In this document: positions 1 through 24,077 of the stretch, one piece after another
How the letters are laid out: every line of letters begins with the position of its first letter
How positions within the stretch are numbered: the stretch's first letter is position 1
From: the human T2T-CHM13v2.0 reference genome, Homo sapiens
Length of the DNA stretch: 64,000 nucleotides
Reading direction: 5' to 3' (one strand)
Assembly: GCF_009914755.1 (NCBI RefSeq)
Contig: NC_060934.1
Program-made: the position numbers and the translations under genes
Notes under the pieces: model-generated
Told to the model about the DNA's origin: nothing
Database searches by the model: none
What the model saw: only the letters and a program-made list of their open reading frames with translations

Positions 1-127
1 CATTGTACTCTAGCCTGGGGGACAAGAGAGAGACTTTGTCTCAAAAAAAAAAGAAAAAAAAAAGATTTGCCCTTTTGAGGCTATTAGATTTTGTAGATAG
101 GCTTCATTATTATTCTTTTTTTTTTGA

Positions 128-280
<153 letters not shown>

Positions 281-407
281 TAGTTTTAGTAGAGATGGGG
301 TTTCACCATGTGCCCAGGCTGGTCTCAAACTCCTGACTTCAGATGATCCACCTGCCTTGGCCTCCCAAAGTGCTGGGATTACAGGCGTGAGCCACCGCAC
401 TCTGTCC

Positions 408-1260
408 ATTCTTCTTTATTCTTTTTTCATCTCCTCTGACTCTGTATTTTCAAATAGCCTGTCTTCAAGCTCATTAACTTTTTATTCTGCTTGATAATTC
501 TGCTACTAAAGGATTCTGATGCCTTCTTCAGTGTGTCAAATGCGTTTTTCAACTGTAGAATTTCTCCTTAATTCTTTTTAAGTATTTCAATCTCTATGTT
601 GAATGTATCCAGTGAATACTGAATTCCTTCTCTGTGTTATCTTGAATTTCTCTGGGATTCCTCAAAATAACTATTTTGACTCCTGTGTCTGAAAAGTCAC
701 ATATCTCTATTTCTCCAGGATTGGTCTCTAGTGCCTTATTTTGTTCATTTGGTGAGGTCATATTTTCCTGGGTGGTCTTTTGATGTTCGTTGGTGCCTAG
801 GCATTGAAGAGTTAGGTATTTATTGTAGTCTTTGCAGTCTGGACTAGATTGTATCCATCCTTCTTGGGAAAGCTTTTCAGGTATTCAAAAGGATTTCAGT
901 GTTGTGATCTAAGCCATGTCTGCATTAGATGGCACCCCAAGCCCAGTAATGCTGTGGTTCTTTCAGACTCTACGAATCTGCAAGACTTGGGGATCTTCAT
1001 GAGATCCGGAAGAATTATCCAGATTACCAGAGACTCTTGTTATCTTTCCTTACTTTCTCCAAAACAAATGGAGTCTTTCTCTGTGTGTGCAGAGACACCT
1101 GGGGCTGGGGATGGAACGGCATAAGAACCCTTGTAGCCACTACCACTGTGACTGCACTGGATCAGACCTGAAGCTAGCACAGCACTGAGTCTCGCCCAAG
1201 GCCCACTGTAATCACTACCTGGCCACTGCCTGTTTTCTCAAGGCCCTAGGACTTGACAGT
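408..1260 (-). mobile_element. Old L1 (L1M) 5'/ORF1-region fragment
   Basis: T-rich antisense L1 ORF1-like text (ttttcaaatagcctgtcttcaagctc...tctgtgttatcttgaatttc...gaaaagtcacatatctct) followed by L1M 5'UTR-like sequence. Confidence 0.7.
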
Positions 1261-1701
1261 CATAAAGCTGTTTTGTTTTGTTTTTAAGAGGAATCCCTTG
1301 GTATAGACAGAAGCTAAATAGCAGAACTCATTCTTCTATAGAGAGCCTCTGAGTTAGGACAGGCATTCCAAAAAATGCCAACTATGTATACCATACTACA
1401 GCACTTGAAACATATACTAAAAGATATTTTCTAATTCCTAAAATATTACTGAGTGTTGATTTTTAATAGACTTATGCAACTTAACAGCATTCATGGGCCA
1501 TTGTGATATACATTGAACATGGGTGCCCTGCTTAAATCAATGTGTCTCTACCTTAAAATTTGCAAGATACAACCTGTACAGGAACTGAGAAGTAACATGT
1601 TCAAGATCTTTTAATAATACATATTTATCATTTTTATCATTGTATTGTATTGACAATTATCAAAATAAATTGTACACCAAAAATAAAACACCCTAAAGTG
1701 A

Positions 1702-2359
<658 letters not shown>

Positions 2360-2574
2360 TAGCGAATTTTTACAAAATGATCACGGGCTTCAGTCAGGAG
2401 ATAGAAATCACACCAATTATTTGAACACAAAAAATATAGTGTAACAAATTATTAACTGATAGGAAGTAGTTAACTGCTAACAGGAGTAGAAGAGGACTCT
2501 AAAGGAAAGTAGCAGGGAGTCAAATAATCGGTACTACCTCTAGGCTGAGGGAGAGTAGTAAATAAAAGAACTAA

Positions 2575-3020
<446 letters not shown>

Positions 3021-3491
3021 TATTTTATTTCTTAATTTTTTGTAGAGACATAATCTTGCTATGTTACCCAGGCGAGTCTCGGACTCAAGGATCCTCCCAC
3101 CTCTGATCTCAAGGCATCGGGATTACAGGCGTGAGCCACTGAGCCTGGCCAAGAAGCTGGCATTCTTATCTGTTTATGGCTGATGTGTAAATCGGTATGG
3201 AGAGCAACTTTACAGTATTTGTCAAAATTACAAATGTAACTTTGACTCAACAGTTCCAGTTCTAGGAGTCTATCTTACAATGAGCAGAGCAATACATCGA
3301 TAAGGTTATTTGTTGCTGCAGTATATATAATAACAAGAGATTGGAATCCAACTAAATATCAGTGGGGAATTGGTTAAATAAATTATGGTACATCCATAAT
3401 GAAATACTATGCAGCTGTAAGAAATGAAATATATATATATCTTTTTTTTTTTTCTTTTTTTTTTTTTTTGAGACAGAGTCTTGCTCTGTCA

Positions 3492-3722
<231 letters not shown>

Positions 3723-3901
3723 TCAGGAAACTGAGTTGGGAGGATTGCTTGAGCCTAGGAGGTCAAGCCTGTGCAACAGAGCAAGACCCCTTGTAAAAAT
3801 TTTTAAATAGTTAAAAAGAAAAGAAAAGAAAAAAGGGGGGCCAGACACGGTGGCTCACACCTGTAATCCCGGCACTTTGTGAGGCTGAGGCAGGCAGATC
3901 A

Positions 3902-4189
<288 letters not shown>

Positions 4190-4252
4190 TCACGCCTGTA
4201 ATCCCAACACTTTGGGAGGCCAAGGCAGGTGGATCACAAGGTCAGGGGTTCA

Positions 4253-5545
<1,293 letters not shown>

Positions 5546-5644
5546 ATCTCGCCAGGCGCAGTGGCTCATGCCTGTAAGGTCGGGAGTTTGAGATCAACCT
5601 GACTAACAAGGTGAAACCCTGTCTCTACTAAAAACACAAAATTA

Positions 5645-5809
<165 letters not shown>

Positions 5810-5847
5810 CTACAGAAAATATGGAAGAGTTTGCCATTTTTACATTA

Positions 5848-6165
<318 letters not shown>

Positions 6166-6385
6166 CTACTTCAGAGGCTGAGACAAGAGACAAGAGAATT
6201 GCTTGGGCCCAAGAGTTTGAGACCAGTCTTAGCAACATAGCAAGACCCTGTTTCTAGAAAAAAAAAAAAAAAAAAAAAAAAAACAGCATAAAATGACATA
6301 AGTTAAAATAACAGCAAAATGGAAAAAGTCACAACTCATGCACAGATAATTTCCTTTATATATAAAAATCTCTTTAAATGAATAA

Positions 6386-6790
<405 letters not shown>

Positions 6791-7039
6791 TGAGCCACAG
6801 TGCCCAGACAAAATATCCAATTAAAACTACAATGAAAGACTATTTTCACCTATCATATTAGCATATAGTAAGAAATATTAAAGCACCTACCCTATGGCAC
6901 ACGCCTGTGATCCCAGCTACTCAAGAGGTTGAGGCAGGAGGATCGTTAAGCCCCTGAGTTTGAAACCAGCCTAGGCAACACAGTGAGACTTCCTCTATGC
7001 CAAATGGTGTTCAAAATTGTTTCTGTGTATTAACCCTTC

Positions 7040-7770
7040 TGTGATAGTTAATACTGAGTGTCAACTTGATTGGATTGAAGGATACAAAGTACTAATCCTG
7101 GGTGTGTCTATGAGCGTGTTGCCAAAGGAGATTACCATTTGAGTCAGTGGGCTGGGGAAGGCAGATCCACCCTTCATCTGGTGGGCACCATCTAATCAGC
7201 TTCCAGCAAATATAAAGCAGACAGAAAAACGTGAAAAGGAGAGACTGCCTTAGCCTCCCGGCCTACATCTTTCTCTGGTGCTGGACGCTTCCTGCCCTTG
7301 AACATCGGACTCCAAGTTCTTCAGTTTGAGACTCGGACTGGCTCTACTTGCTCCTCAGCTTGCAGACAGCCTATTGTGGGGCCTTGTGATTGTGTGAGTT
7401 AATACTTAATAAATTCCCCTTTGGGAGGTCGAGGCAGGTGGATCACGAGGTCAGGAGTTCGAGACTAGCCTGGCCAAGAAGGTGAAACCCCATCTCTACT
7501 AAAAATACAAAAAATAGCCAGGCGCGGTGGCAGGTACCTGTAATCCCAGGTACTCGGGAGGCTGAGGCAGGAGAATTGCTTGAACCCGGGAGGCAGAGGT
7601 TGCAGGTTGCACTGAGCCGAGATCGCGCCACTGCACTCCAGCCTGGGTGACAGAGCAAGCAAAACAAACAAACAAAAACAACAACAACAACAAAACTCCT
7701 CTCTCTCTCTCTCTCTATGTATATATATATCCTATTAGTTCTGCTCCTCTAGAGAACCCTGACTAATACA
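7040..7770 (+). mobile_element. MLT2A1 solo LTR (HERV-L), with a 5'-truncated Alu inserted at ~7420-7695
   Basis: Begins TGTGATAGTTAATACTGAGTGTCAACTTGATTGGATTGAAGGATAC and ends AGAACCCTGACTAATACA; perfect 5-bp TSD ccttc at 7035-39 and 7771-75. Confidence 0.92.
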
Positions 7771-7859
7771 CCTTCTAAATTCACAACATGAGTCATTTCA
7801 CAAAGTTTGATAGCCAACTGAGTGGGTTAGGATGTAAGGAAACAGGGACTCTCCTATAC

Positions 7860-8172
7860 TGCCTGTCTATTCAGCATCTCACATCTTGTAGATGACTTCT
7901 TCACACTTTCTCCTCCGTCCTCAAATCTCCACAACTTCTTGCTGGTCTTCACTCTCAACTAATGACGTTGCCTCTTATCTCCTACTTCACTGAGAAGTTA
8001 AAAGCAGAAAACCCATAAACTCCCCCAGTCCCTCAAAACTACCTACATCTATATCCATATATAACATGACTTTACTCCTCTTATATTACCCAAATTGTTG
8101 GTGTTCCTATCCAAAGCCATCTGCTCCAAAGATTCTCCCTTTTCTCCTGCATCAGACATTTTTTTGCTTTCT

Positions 8173-8210
<38 letters not shown>

Positions 8211-8320
8211 TCCATCTTTAAAATTTAACCCACCTCCCCCTCCAGATAGTCTTATTTCTCTGCTCTTCTTTCTGCAAAGCTCCCCAGAAAAGTATATTTC
8301 TCCACTTTCTCTCTTCCCAT
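7860..8320 (+). mobile_element. L2 LINE fragment
   Basis: cactctcaactaatgacgttgcctc...cctacttcactgagaag and atttctctgctcttctttctgcaaagctcc resemble L2 ORF2 remnants. Confidence 0.5.
8177..8208. repeat. (AC)16 microsatellite
   Basis: Read directly. Confidence 0.95.
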
Positions 8321-8646
8321 TCTCTCTCTCTCTCTTTTTTTTTTTTTTCCCAAGACAGGGTCTCATTCTGTCACCCAGGCTGGAGTGCAGTGGTGCGAAC
8401 TCAGCTCACTGCAACCTCCTAATCCTGAGTTCAAGCGATTCTCCTGCCTCAGCCTCCCAAGTAGCTAGAACTACAGGAACACACCATCATGCCCGGCTAA
8501 TTTTTGTATTTTTAGTAGAGATGGGGTTTCACCATATTGGCCAGGCTGGTCTTGAACTCCTGGCCTCAAAATGATCAGCCTGCCTTGGCCTCCCAAAGTG
8601 CTGGGATTACAGACGTGAGCCACTGCACCCAGACATCCACCATGTC

Positions 8647-8870
8647 TTTTTAATTTTTTTAATTTTAAATTCAGGGTATGCATGTGCAGGTTTGTTACAT
8701 GGATATATTGCATGATGCTGGGGTTTGGGCTTCAATAGAACCCATCACCCAAATACTGAACTTAGTACCCAATACATAGTTTTTTGACCCTTTCCCACCC
8801 TCCCCTCCCTCCTTTTGGAGTCCCCAATGTCTATTGTTCCTATCTTTATGTCCATGTGTATCCACCCAAC
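8647..8870 (-). mobile_element. L1PB-like 3' end
   Basis: catgtgcaggtttgttacatggatatattgcatgatgctggggtttggg...gagtccccaatgtctattgttcc is the antisense primate L1 3' UTR. Confidence 0.8.
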
Positions 8871-10164
8871 ATGGGTTCTTAATGTCCTAAAAAGACTTTT
8901 TTTTTTTAGATGGAGTCTCCCTCTGTTGCCCAGGCTGGAGTACAGTGGCATGATCTCGGCTCACAGCAACCACCAACTCCCAGGTTCAAGCAATTCTCTG
9001 CCTCAGCCTCCTGAGTAGCTGGGATTACAGGCATGCACCACCACGCCCGTCTGTGTATTTTTAGTAGAGATGGGGTTTCACCATCTTGGCCTGGCTGGTC
9101 TTGAACTCCCGAACTTGTGATCCACCTGCCTCAGCCTCCCAAAGTGCTGGGATTATATACTGAGCCCAGTTGACTTATCTTTTAAAAAGTTTTTCTTCCT
9201 GCCTACATTACTTAATAGTGCCACATTTTTCATTTTTACCAAATACAATTTAACAACAACTGGTTTCTCCTTAGAGTCTCTAGGAGGATTTTTAATCCTT
9301 CAATGGTTCAACTAGGGTATGAGTTAAAGTGGATTTTATGGGCTGTCCCAAGGCCCAGCAACTAATTAATGAGGGAAATAGGACGACAGCCTGGCCTGTG
9401 AGCCTCTTTCACAGCTTCTCGAGGTGTGAAATTGCTAATGGGCACTTTTTTTTTTCTTTTTTTTTTTTGAGATACAGTGTTGCTGTGCTGCCCATGCTGG
9501 AACACAGTGATGTGATCACAGCTCACTGCAACCTCGACCTCCTGGACTAAGCAATCCTCCCACTTCAGCCTCTCAAGAAGCTGGGACTACAGGCATGCAC
9601 CACCATGCTCGGCTGATTTTTAAATTTTTTGGAGAGTTGGGGTCTCTCTGTGTTACCGAGGCTGGTCTAGAACTCCTAGGCTCAAGCCTCCCAGAGTGTT
9701 GGGATTACAGGCATAAGCCAACATGCTCGGCCCCTTTTCTTTAGGTTGTTGCACATTCTACCAAAAGTGTCATTTGGAGAATGTACTCACTAGCGTGCCA
9801 TGTTTACTAGGCTTTATTCTAGATTTTCCATGTCCTGAACATAGTGGTGCCAAGAGAGGAAGATCTTCTGTGCCATACCCTCTACTCCTAGCATTTGGCT
9901 TTCTTTGGACACTGACAAACCTCACCCTTTCTCCAGAATGTAATCATTGTCGACAAATGTGGAAGATTGTAGAAATGGCCAAATTCCATGTAACTTTTCA
10001 CTTTGGCAACTCAGAAATAGTCTAAGAAAGTCCCCAAAATACCATGGATTCAAAAACCACCCACGTGTACAATATATCATCTATTTTTCATAAAACCAAA
10101 TTATTATAACAGTATTATGTGCTATGATTTTAAAAATTCAAACAGAACAGAAGAAAATTTTTTA

Positions 10165-10575
<411 letters not shown>

Positions 10576-10846
10576 TCAGTCCCATTTCCCACATGTAAAT
10601 CACCTCTATTCATTTTTTAATATTTCCATCATCTCTTTTAAAAATGACTAACAGCTGGGCATGGTGGTGCATATGTAGTCCCTGCTACTTGGGAGGATGA
10701 GGCAAGAGGATTGCTTAAGCCCAGGAGTTCAAGGCTGCAGTGAGCTATGACTGCGCCTGCGAATAGCCATTGCACTCCAGCCTGGGCAACATAGTGAGAC
10801 CCTGTCTCTTAAAAAAAAAAAAGTAAATCACAGAAGTCTTTGGGAT

Positions 10847-11240
10847 TGTTAAACAAAAATTATGAGAAGTCATTATATTGTACTGAGCACTAGTCCCAAG
10901 CAGACCAGATCAAACCAAAATGGAGTCACTCATGCTAAATGCCACATAATCAAACTGAAACTTTAAGGTAGCAGATAGATCCCGATACAGACCAGTTTTT
11001 CTGGAAACAAGAGATCCTGGTCTGCCTTAGTCAACATAATGAAGAAGTCCCCACTGCATCAATTTATTTTTTCTATTGTTCTGTTTCCATGTTCCCACCT
11101 TACAAAACCCACTGTTCTGCTACTGCCCAAGTGAGAGCTTTGATTTTATTTTGTAGAATGGAGGCTGCCCTGACTCATGAATGACAAATAAAAGCCAATT
11201 AAATCTATAACTAAATTTGTTGGAATTTTGTCTTGTACCA
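10847..11240 (+). mobile_element. ERV1-class solo LTR (MER72/LTR47-like)
   Basis: TG...CA termini (tgttaaacaaaaattatg...tcttgtacca); internal cagaccagatcaaaccaaaatggagtcactcatgctaa; AATAAA near the 3' end; perfect 4-bp TSD ggat at 10843-46 and 11241-44. Confidence 0.75.
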
Positions 11241-11819
11241 GGATTAATAACTAGGTTTTGTTGGGCATTCTTCAGGTACTGCTAACTATGTGAGCCAGCA
11301 AGGGCTATGCTTCCCTTCAGCCTTAGGGGATTTCTGTTTTGTTTTGGTTGTGCTCTGGAGTCCAGGCCCCCGAAAAGGATTCTAGTTGAAGAAATGCTCA
11401 GTCCCTGCATCCCTAACACAGTTTATCCCCACTGTAGGGTGGTTTTTGGCAATGAAATATCACCTTCATTTGAATAACAGTGTACAGGGAATAAGAATTA
11501 ATGTTGCAGGAAAAAATGAAATTAGGATAGGATTCTCAAGACAAGATTCTATAGATTTCTCATCAACTCTCCTTACCAAGGCAGAATAACTTTTGTACAA
11601 CGTATATTTATTGTGGCTGTCTCCTTATAAAATTCATACATTCCTCTATTCCACCCACTCCCTAGATCTGCAGAAATGACAACTGTTAATAGCTTGAAGA
11701 ATATTCTTCTGGTTTTTCTCTATAGAGCAAAATTTTTGTTGTTTTTCTTAATTTCCTAAATGGTATGTGCTTGTTGCAAAAACTTCAACTGATACAGAAG
11801 CTCTGAGAATGCAGGGGAA

Positions 11820-14288
<2,469 letters not shown>

Positions 14289-14889
14289 AGAAGCATATCA
14301 AAATTTAAAGTGAAATTCTTCCCCTTCCACATTCTTTCTTAGAGTCAGTTTGGTGTATACCTTCCTTTCCAGACCCTTTTCTTTTTTCTTTTTTTTTTGG
14401 ATGGAGTCTGGCTCTATCTCCCAGGCTGGAGTTCAGTGGCGTGATCTCGGCTCACTGCACTGCAGCCTCTGCCTCCCGGGTTCAAGCAATTCTCCTACCT
14501 CAGACCCCGAGTAGCTGGGATTACAGGCACCCGCCACCACGCCCAGTTAATTTTTTTTATTTTTAGTAGATACGGGGTTTCACCATGTTGGCCAGGCTGG
14601 TCTCAAACTCCTGACCTTAGGTGATCCGCCCACCTCAGCCTCCCAAAGTGCTAGGATTACAGGCATGAGCCACCGTGCCCAGCTTCGGCCTATAGTACCT
14701 TTTAAAGAATATATATATATATTTTTTTTTTTATATAGAGACAGGGATCTCGCCATGTTGCCCAGGCTGGTCTTGAACTCCTGAGCTCAAGTGATTTGCC
14801 TGCCTTGACCTCTCAAAGTGCAGGGATTACAGGCATGAGCCACCGTGCCTGGCCTCTTATAGTACCTTACACACATGTGCAAGCATTTC

Positions 14890-15150
14890 TCAAGCCTAGT
14901 ATAGTGGTCATCAGAATGGACTCTGGAGTTAAACTGTCTGGGTTGAAAATACTAGCTCCAACTTCACCACTCTATAATCTTGGGCAAGTTACCAGACCTC
15001 CTTTGTACCTCAATTTCCCCATCAGTAAAGTATGAATCATAACAGTTCTTATATCATAGAATGTATGTAAGAATTAAATGACATAGAATATATAAAAAGC
15101 TTAGATCATTGCCTAGAACATCTAAGTACTCATTAAATATTGGTTCTTAA
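14890..15150 (+). mobile_element. MIR SINE
   Basis: ggactctggagttaaactgtctgggttgaaaat...tcttgggcaagttac...cctcaatttccccatcagtaaa core. Confidence 0.8.
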
Positions 15151-15561
15151 TATTTATTAGTATCAGTAAGATTAATAAACATTATTATAATCGTCACTTC
15201 TCAAGAAAGCAAAAACAGGGTAAATTCAGAGAGCAGTAATTAGTTAAGAGTAATGATATCATTACCACTTATAGCCAATTATTCCACCAGACAGGTTAGT
15301 TAAGGAAAATTTATTTTAGTATGTGAAGAATTTTACATTAAGCTAGTTGCATTAGAAAATCCAAATAATTTGCATCTTAAATAACAGAGAACAGGCCTTC
15401 CAAGGCCCAGAAGGGAAGACATTAAGTGGTAATTAGAAAAATCAATCTCTTAGCTGAAAGTTTTAACAGCTTCATTTGCTCTTGTATCCCAACATTTTAC
15501 CTGGTCATAAGCAGAGGCCAGAGGAAGGGAGGGGCAAGGAGGGTTCTGTGAGCCACTCTAG

Positions 15562-15913
<352 letters not shown>

Positions 15914-16289
15914 TGAGCCACTGTGCCCAGCCTCGCTCACTTTAATATCGTGGGTACCATTTAATGTCATGAATCTCCACTAGGGACAACTGTCTCGCTT
16001 TTATAGCTTGGGAAACTGAGGCTCAGAAACCATGTTGTTTAGGGCTCTGGTTTGCATCCTCAGAAACCAAGACAGACTGATTGAAGTGAAGAGGAGAAGG
16101 CTTAGGCAAGGATGTTGGGAGATCACAGGGTGGGAGGGGTGGCTAGACAGCTTGGACCAGAAACAGGCAGGATTCCACAGGTGCACAGGGGCAAAGACAG
16201 GAACCCAGCCGAAGAGCAGGAAAATCTGGTCTGAGCTCTGCCAGGTTTTTCAACACTCTTATTTAGATTCTAATTTCAGGGAGGAAGTG

Positions 16290-16765
<476 letters not shown>

Positions 16766-16867
16766 GGAAGAGCCCCTAATGAATACTTTGTGCCTGATCA
16801 ACTTCCCCATGGGCAAAGAGATGTTGATTCCTCAACAGGAAATTTGTGGTGCTGCTCCTAGAAGGAA

Positions 16868-18119
16868 TGTCACAGCCTGACAGGTTCTTTTTGCCCACTG
16901 CCCCTTCTAAACCAATGAGAATGGCAGGTGTTGCAGCAAAGAAAGAATTTAATAATTGCAGGGCAACCAAATGAGAACAGGGAGAAATTTCTCAAACCCA
17001 TCTCCCTGAGAATTCGGAGGCCTGGATTTTTAAGAGTACTTTGGTGGGCAGGGGGCTGGGGAATGGGAACAATTGAGTGACTGGGGATGAAATCACAGAG
17101 GCATCTAAAACTGTTTTCACACAGCTGAGTCAGTCCTCAGGAGGTGGGGGCCAAGGTTGGGGTGAGGGTATCAGGACAAGGTGGCATCTCTTGGTCTGCC
17201 AAAATTTGAAATCTGAAAAATATTTCAAAGACCAGTTTTCAGGTTTCACAATAGTGATGTTATCTATAGGAGTAGTTGGGGAAGTTATAAATCTTGCAAC
17301 CCCCAGTTATTTGACTCTGGGGAAGTCAACAACTTACAGGAAAACACGCTAAGCAATGGCAGGTCATTAGTGAACTCTGCTTATTCTTTAGCAAAGTCCA
17401 ATCCCCTACCATAATTCTAACCTTGGCTTATGAATGTGGCTTCAATCTCTCAACAAGGAGGGGCATCGGTTTCCCTTACCTCAAAGGTTTTTTTTTTTTT
17501 TTTTTTTTTTGAGATGAAGTCTTGCTCTGTCACCCAGGCTGGAGTGCAGTGGGGCGATCTTGGCTCTCTGCAACCTCACCCCCTGGGTTCAAGTGATTCT
17601 CATGCCTCAGCCTGCCAAGTAGCTGGGACTACAGGCACCCATCACCACATCCAGCTAATTTTTTTTTTTTTGGAGACAGTCTTACTCTATTCCCCAGGTT
17701 GGAGTGCAATGGCGCAATCTTGGCTCACTGAAATCTCCACCTCCTGGGTTCAAGCGATTCTCATGCCTCAGCCTCCCAAGTAGCTGGGACTACAGGCGTG
17801 CACCACTACACCTGGCTAATTTTGTATTATTAGTAGAGACAAGGTTTCACCATGTTGGCCAGGCTGCTCTTGAACTCCTGACCTCAGGCAATCTGCCCCC
17901 CTTGGCCTCCCAAAGTGCTGGGATTACAGGTGTGAGCCACCGCGCCCAGATTCTCAAAGTTTAACTATAAACTAAATTCCTCTCATTGTTTTCTTGGCCT
18001 CTGTGATACAATAAGCAAAAGACAAAAATAAGAAATAATTTAGCCTGTGAGTTTCGAAGCAAGATGGAGTCAGTCATGTAGGTTTTTCTCATTATTTATA
18101 ATTCTGCAAAGTGGTTTCA
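16868..18119 (-). mobile_element. ERV1 solo LTR (LTR8/LTR26 group) with inserted Alus
   Basis: Minus strand starts TGAAACCACTTTGCAGAATTATAA...GACTCCATCTTGCTTC and ends ...GTGACA; perfect TSD ggaa at 16864-67 and 18120-23. Confidence 0.8.
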
Positions 18120-18824
18120 GGAAGAGGAATGGACTTTAGGATACCCCATAAAAGGCACTCCCTGGGATTCCAGAACAGGCTAGTCTCCCCCAGACTGCCT
18201 TCTCCTGGCAGCCCACACAGCGTGTGGATAGACATTTCCTGTTAGCTCTCAGACAGGTTTTTTTCACTCTAGGTTGAATTTCTCAAGGGTTGCTGACATC
18301 TTGAAGATCTGAGAGAGGACTCAGCTGTAAAATCCTTGATCTCTTTCAACTGCTGAACATTAAAACCCTTTTCTCCCCTCTTACACAACTTTTTGAACAA
18401 TGGTGGGATGTGAAGCTAGCAGCTGCATCCCTTTTTCTCAGTGCTGCCTCTTTCCCAGGAACCAGCTATAGATTTACTGCTATTTTAAGGGGATGATGAA
18501 GATGAAAGTTTTGCAAGGCCTTGTATCCAGGTGTTGGGGACAAAGGAAGCACCTGGCTTTGCCACCACAAAGGATCCAGAATGGAAAAAGGGACCCACGA
18601 ACAGTGGAATGGCAAAGAAAGGCAGCTTCACTTTCCTTCATCCGGCATTACCTTGACAAGGGGTTTTACAGGGAAGGCCCTCTTTGGAAATTTTCTCCCT
18701 CTCCTGGAGCCCTGCCTCTTTCCACTCAGGCCCCTCCTTCTTGCCTAGCCACGCCCACACACCATCTGTCAGAGGAGTGGGACATGTAGACCGCTATCCT
18801 TGGTCCTGAAACGTCATTAGAGTT

Positions 18825-18935
18825 AGGGCAGTAGTTTACAACATGGCTGCCAATCGGAATCAATGGGAAAGCACGATAAAAGCACTGACTGCAAAGTCCC
18901 ACATCCCAGGTACTCTGACTTGGTTGGTTTCTGCA
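18825..18935. mobile_element. MER5B-like MITE fragment
   Basis: gggcagtagtttacaacatggctgc...ggaatca...cccaggtactctgactt resembles MER5. Confidence 0.5.
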
Positions 18936-19202
18936 TTAAAAAACAAAAAAAAATCCCAGGGCAGGCACAGTGCTTCATGCTTGTAGTCCCAGCACTTTGG
19001 GAGGTCAAGGCAGGAGAATAACCAGTCTGAGCAACATAGTGAGACCCTGTCTCTACAAAAAATATAAAAAATTGGTCAGGCATGCTGGATGCGGTGGCTC
19101 ACTCCTGTAATCCAGCACTTTGGGAGGCCGAGGCGGGTGGATCACCTGAGGTCAGGAGTTCGAGACCAGCCTGACCAACAAGGTGAAACTCCATCTCTAC
19201 TA

Positions 19203-19456
<254 letters not shown>

Positions 19457-19636
19457 CTAACACGGTGAGAGGCTGAGGCAGGACGATCACTCAAGACCAG
19501 GAATTCGAGACCAGGCTGCATAACATAGTGAGACTCTTCTCTATAAAAAATTGTAAGGCCAGGCATATGGCTCACGCCTGTAATCCCAGCACTTTGGGAG
19601 GCCGAGACAGGCAGATCACCTGAGGTCAGGAGTTCA

Positions 19637-19909
<273 letters not shown>

Positions 19910-20513
19910 TCAGGTGGCTGAGGTGGGAGGATTGCTTGAATCCAGGAGTTCAAAGCTGCAGTGAGGTATGATTATGCCACTGCACTCCAGCCTGGGTGAC
20001 AGAGTAAGACCCTGTCTCTAAAAGAAAACAAAACCAAAAACCATGTCTGGGCCTAGAGAGGTTGTTACACCACAAGCAGAGGGGTCCTAGGTTGAGTGTC
20101 ACCAAAGTGCTAACAGATTTTTGGGAAAGGGGGTGGAGGGAGACAAAGTCTCACTCTGTCACCCAGGCTGGAGTGCAGTGGTGACATCTTGGCTCATTGC
20201 AGACTCAAACTTCTGGGCCCAAGTGATCCTCCTACCTCACCCTTCCAAGTAGCTGGGACTACTGGGGAACACTGCCAGATTTTTTTTTTGTATCTCAATG
20301 AAAATGTTGCTACTTTTACTCTGTCCTGGGTCTCTTTGATTTATGCTACATGGTTTCCATGGCTGAGGTCACTGCAACTTTGTTTCTTACACTTACAATG
20401 CTTGTTCTCTCCGAGGAGTTGGGGCTTACAAACCCATCAGCACGCTGAGCTCAAGGTTCACTCCCTCCTATGGCACTGTGGGGTGGGCACATCGTTTTTT
20501 GTTTTTTTTTTAG

Positions 20514-20627
<114 letters not shown>

Positions 20628-21612
20628 TAGCTGAGATTACAGGCATGTGCCACCATACCTGGCATATTTTGTATGTTTTTAGTAGAGATGGGGTTTCTCC
20701 ATGTTGGTCAGGCTGGTCTCGAACTCCCGAACTCAGGTAATCCACCTGCCTCAGCCTCCCAAAGTGCTCGGTTACAGGCATGATCTTTACACTCTCAGGT
20801 GTATGAGACCTATAACCAAAACACAGAAAGGTCAAAAGGTCTTCAGGACTGAAGAGAATAACCCTCAATGGTGTAATTCTAGGACAGCATTTCTCTGAGT
20901 AGGAGGTACATTTGGGAGTAGGGAAGCATGACAAAAATGCCTATAACCACTTCCATATGGTTTTGAGAGTATCTCTGTCTGGCCAGAGTAGGCAAAAGGT
21001 ATTCATGGGCATTGAAGTGGGTCAACGTTTGCACTATGAGAGAAGAGAGAATCACCTGGAAGAGGTTCCAGGGCAGAGGTAATTAGGCAGAAGGCGAGAG
21101 CTCAGATGAGAGACCACTGGGGAGATCTGAAAAGCCAGGATAAAACATAAAAGAAAGCTATTTTTAGGGATGTGAAATCAGATTGTAGGACAAGCGGATC
21201 TAGGCATCTGAAAATAGTCATTAGAAAAGGCTGGAAAGCAAAAGAGAGTTAGGGCAACATTATGGTGTTTGAATGACTGTCAGGAGACGTGCAATTTTTA
21301 TCAAACTTGGAAGTGAGGGAGTTGCCTCTGAGCTCAGGAAAATGATTTGTGCCTCTTTGGACAAATGTTGTCCCTCTAATGTGGCGCAGTCATTAGATCA
21401 TGAACATCATATTACATTGACCTTTCAAGATGTCGTAGCTCAAAGTCAAGAGGAGGGAGAAAGCACACGGTGAATTCTGGAGGCTGGTTTTGATCGGATT
21501 TTTTGCCTGGAAAATGATTACAAGAGAGCTCACTTTTAATTATTTCTTATGCCAGGCGCAGTGGCTCATGCTTGTAATCTCAGCACTTTGGGAGGCCAAG
21601 GCCAGAGGATCA

Positions 21613-22495
<883 letters not shown>

Positions 22496-22653
22496 AAAGG
22501 AAAAGATTATCAATGGATGCTATAATTAGTGGGTAAATGCATGATAGAAACAGGATATTTACAATCTCTCAAGATGCTTTTATTTATTGATTTATTGAGA
22601 CCGAGTCTTACTGCATTTCAGCCTGGATGACACTGTGAAGAGACTCCAACTCT

Positions 22654-22656
<3 letters not shown>

Positions 22657-22689
<33 letters not shown>
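22657..22689. repeat. (AC)n microsatellite (~16 units)
   Basis: Read directly. Confidence 0.95.
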
Positions 22690-24077
<1,388 letters not shown>

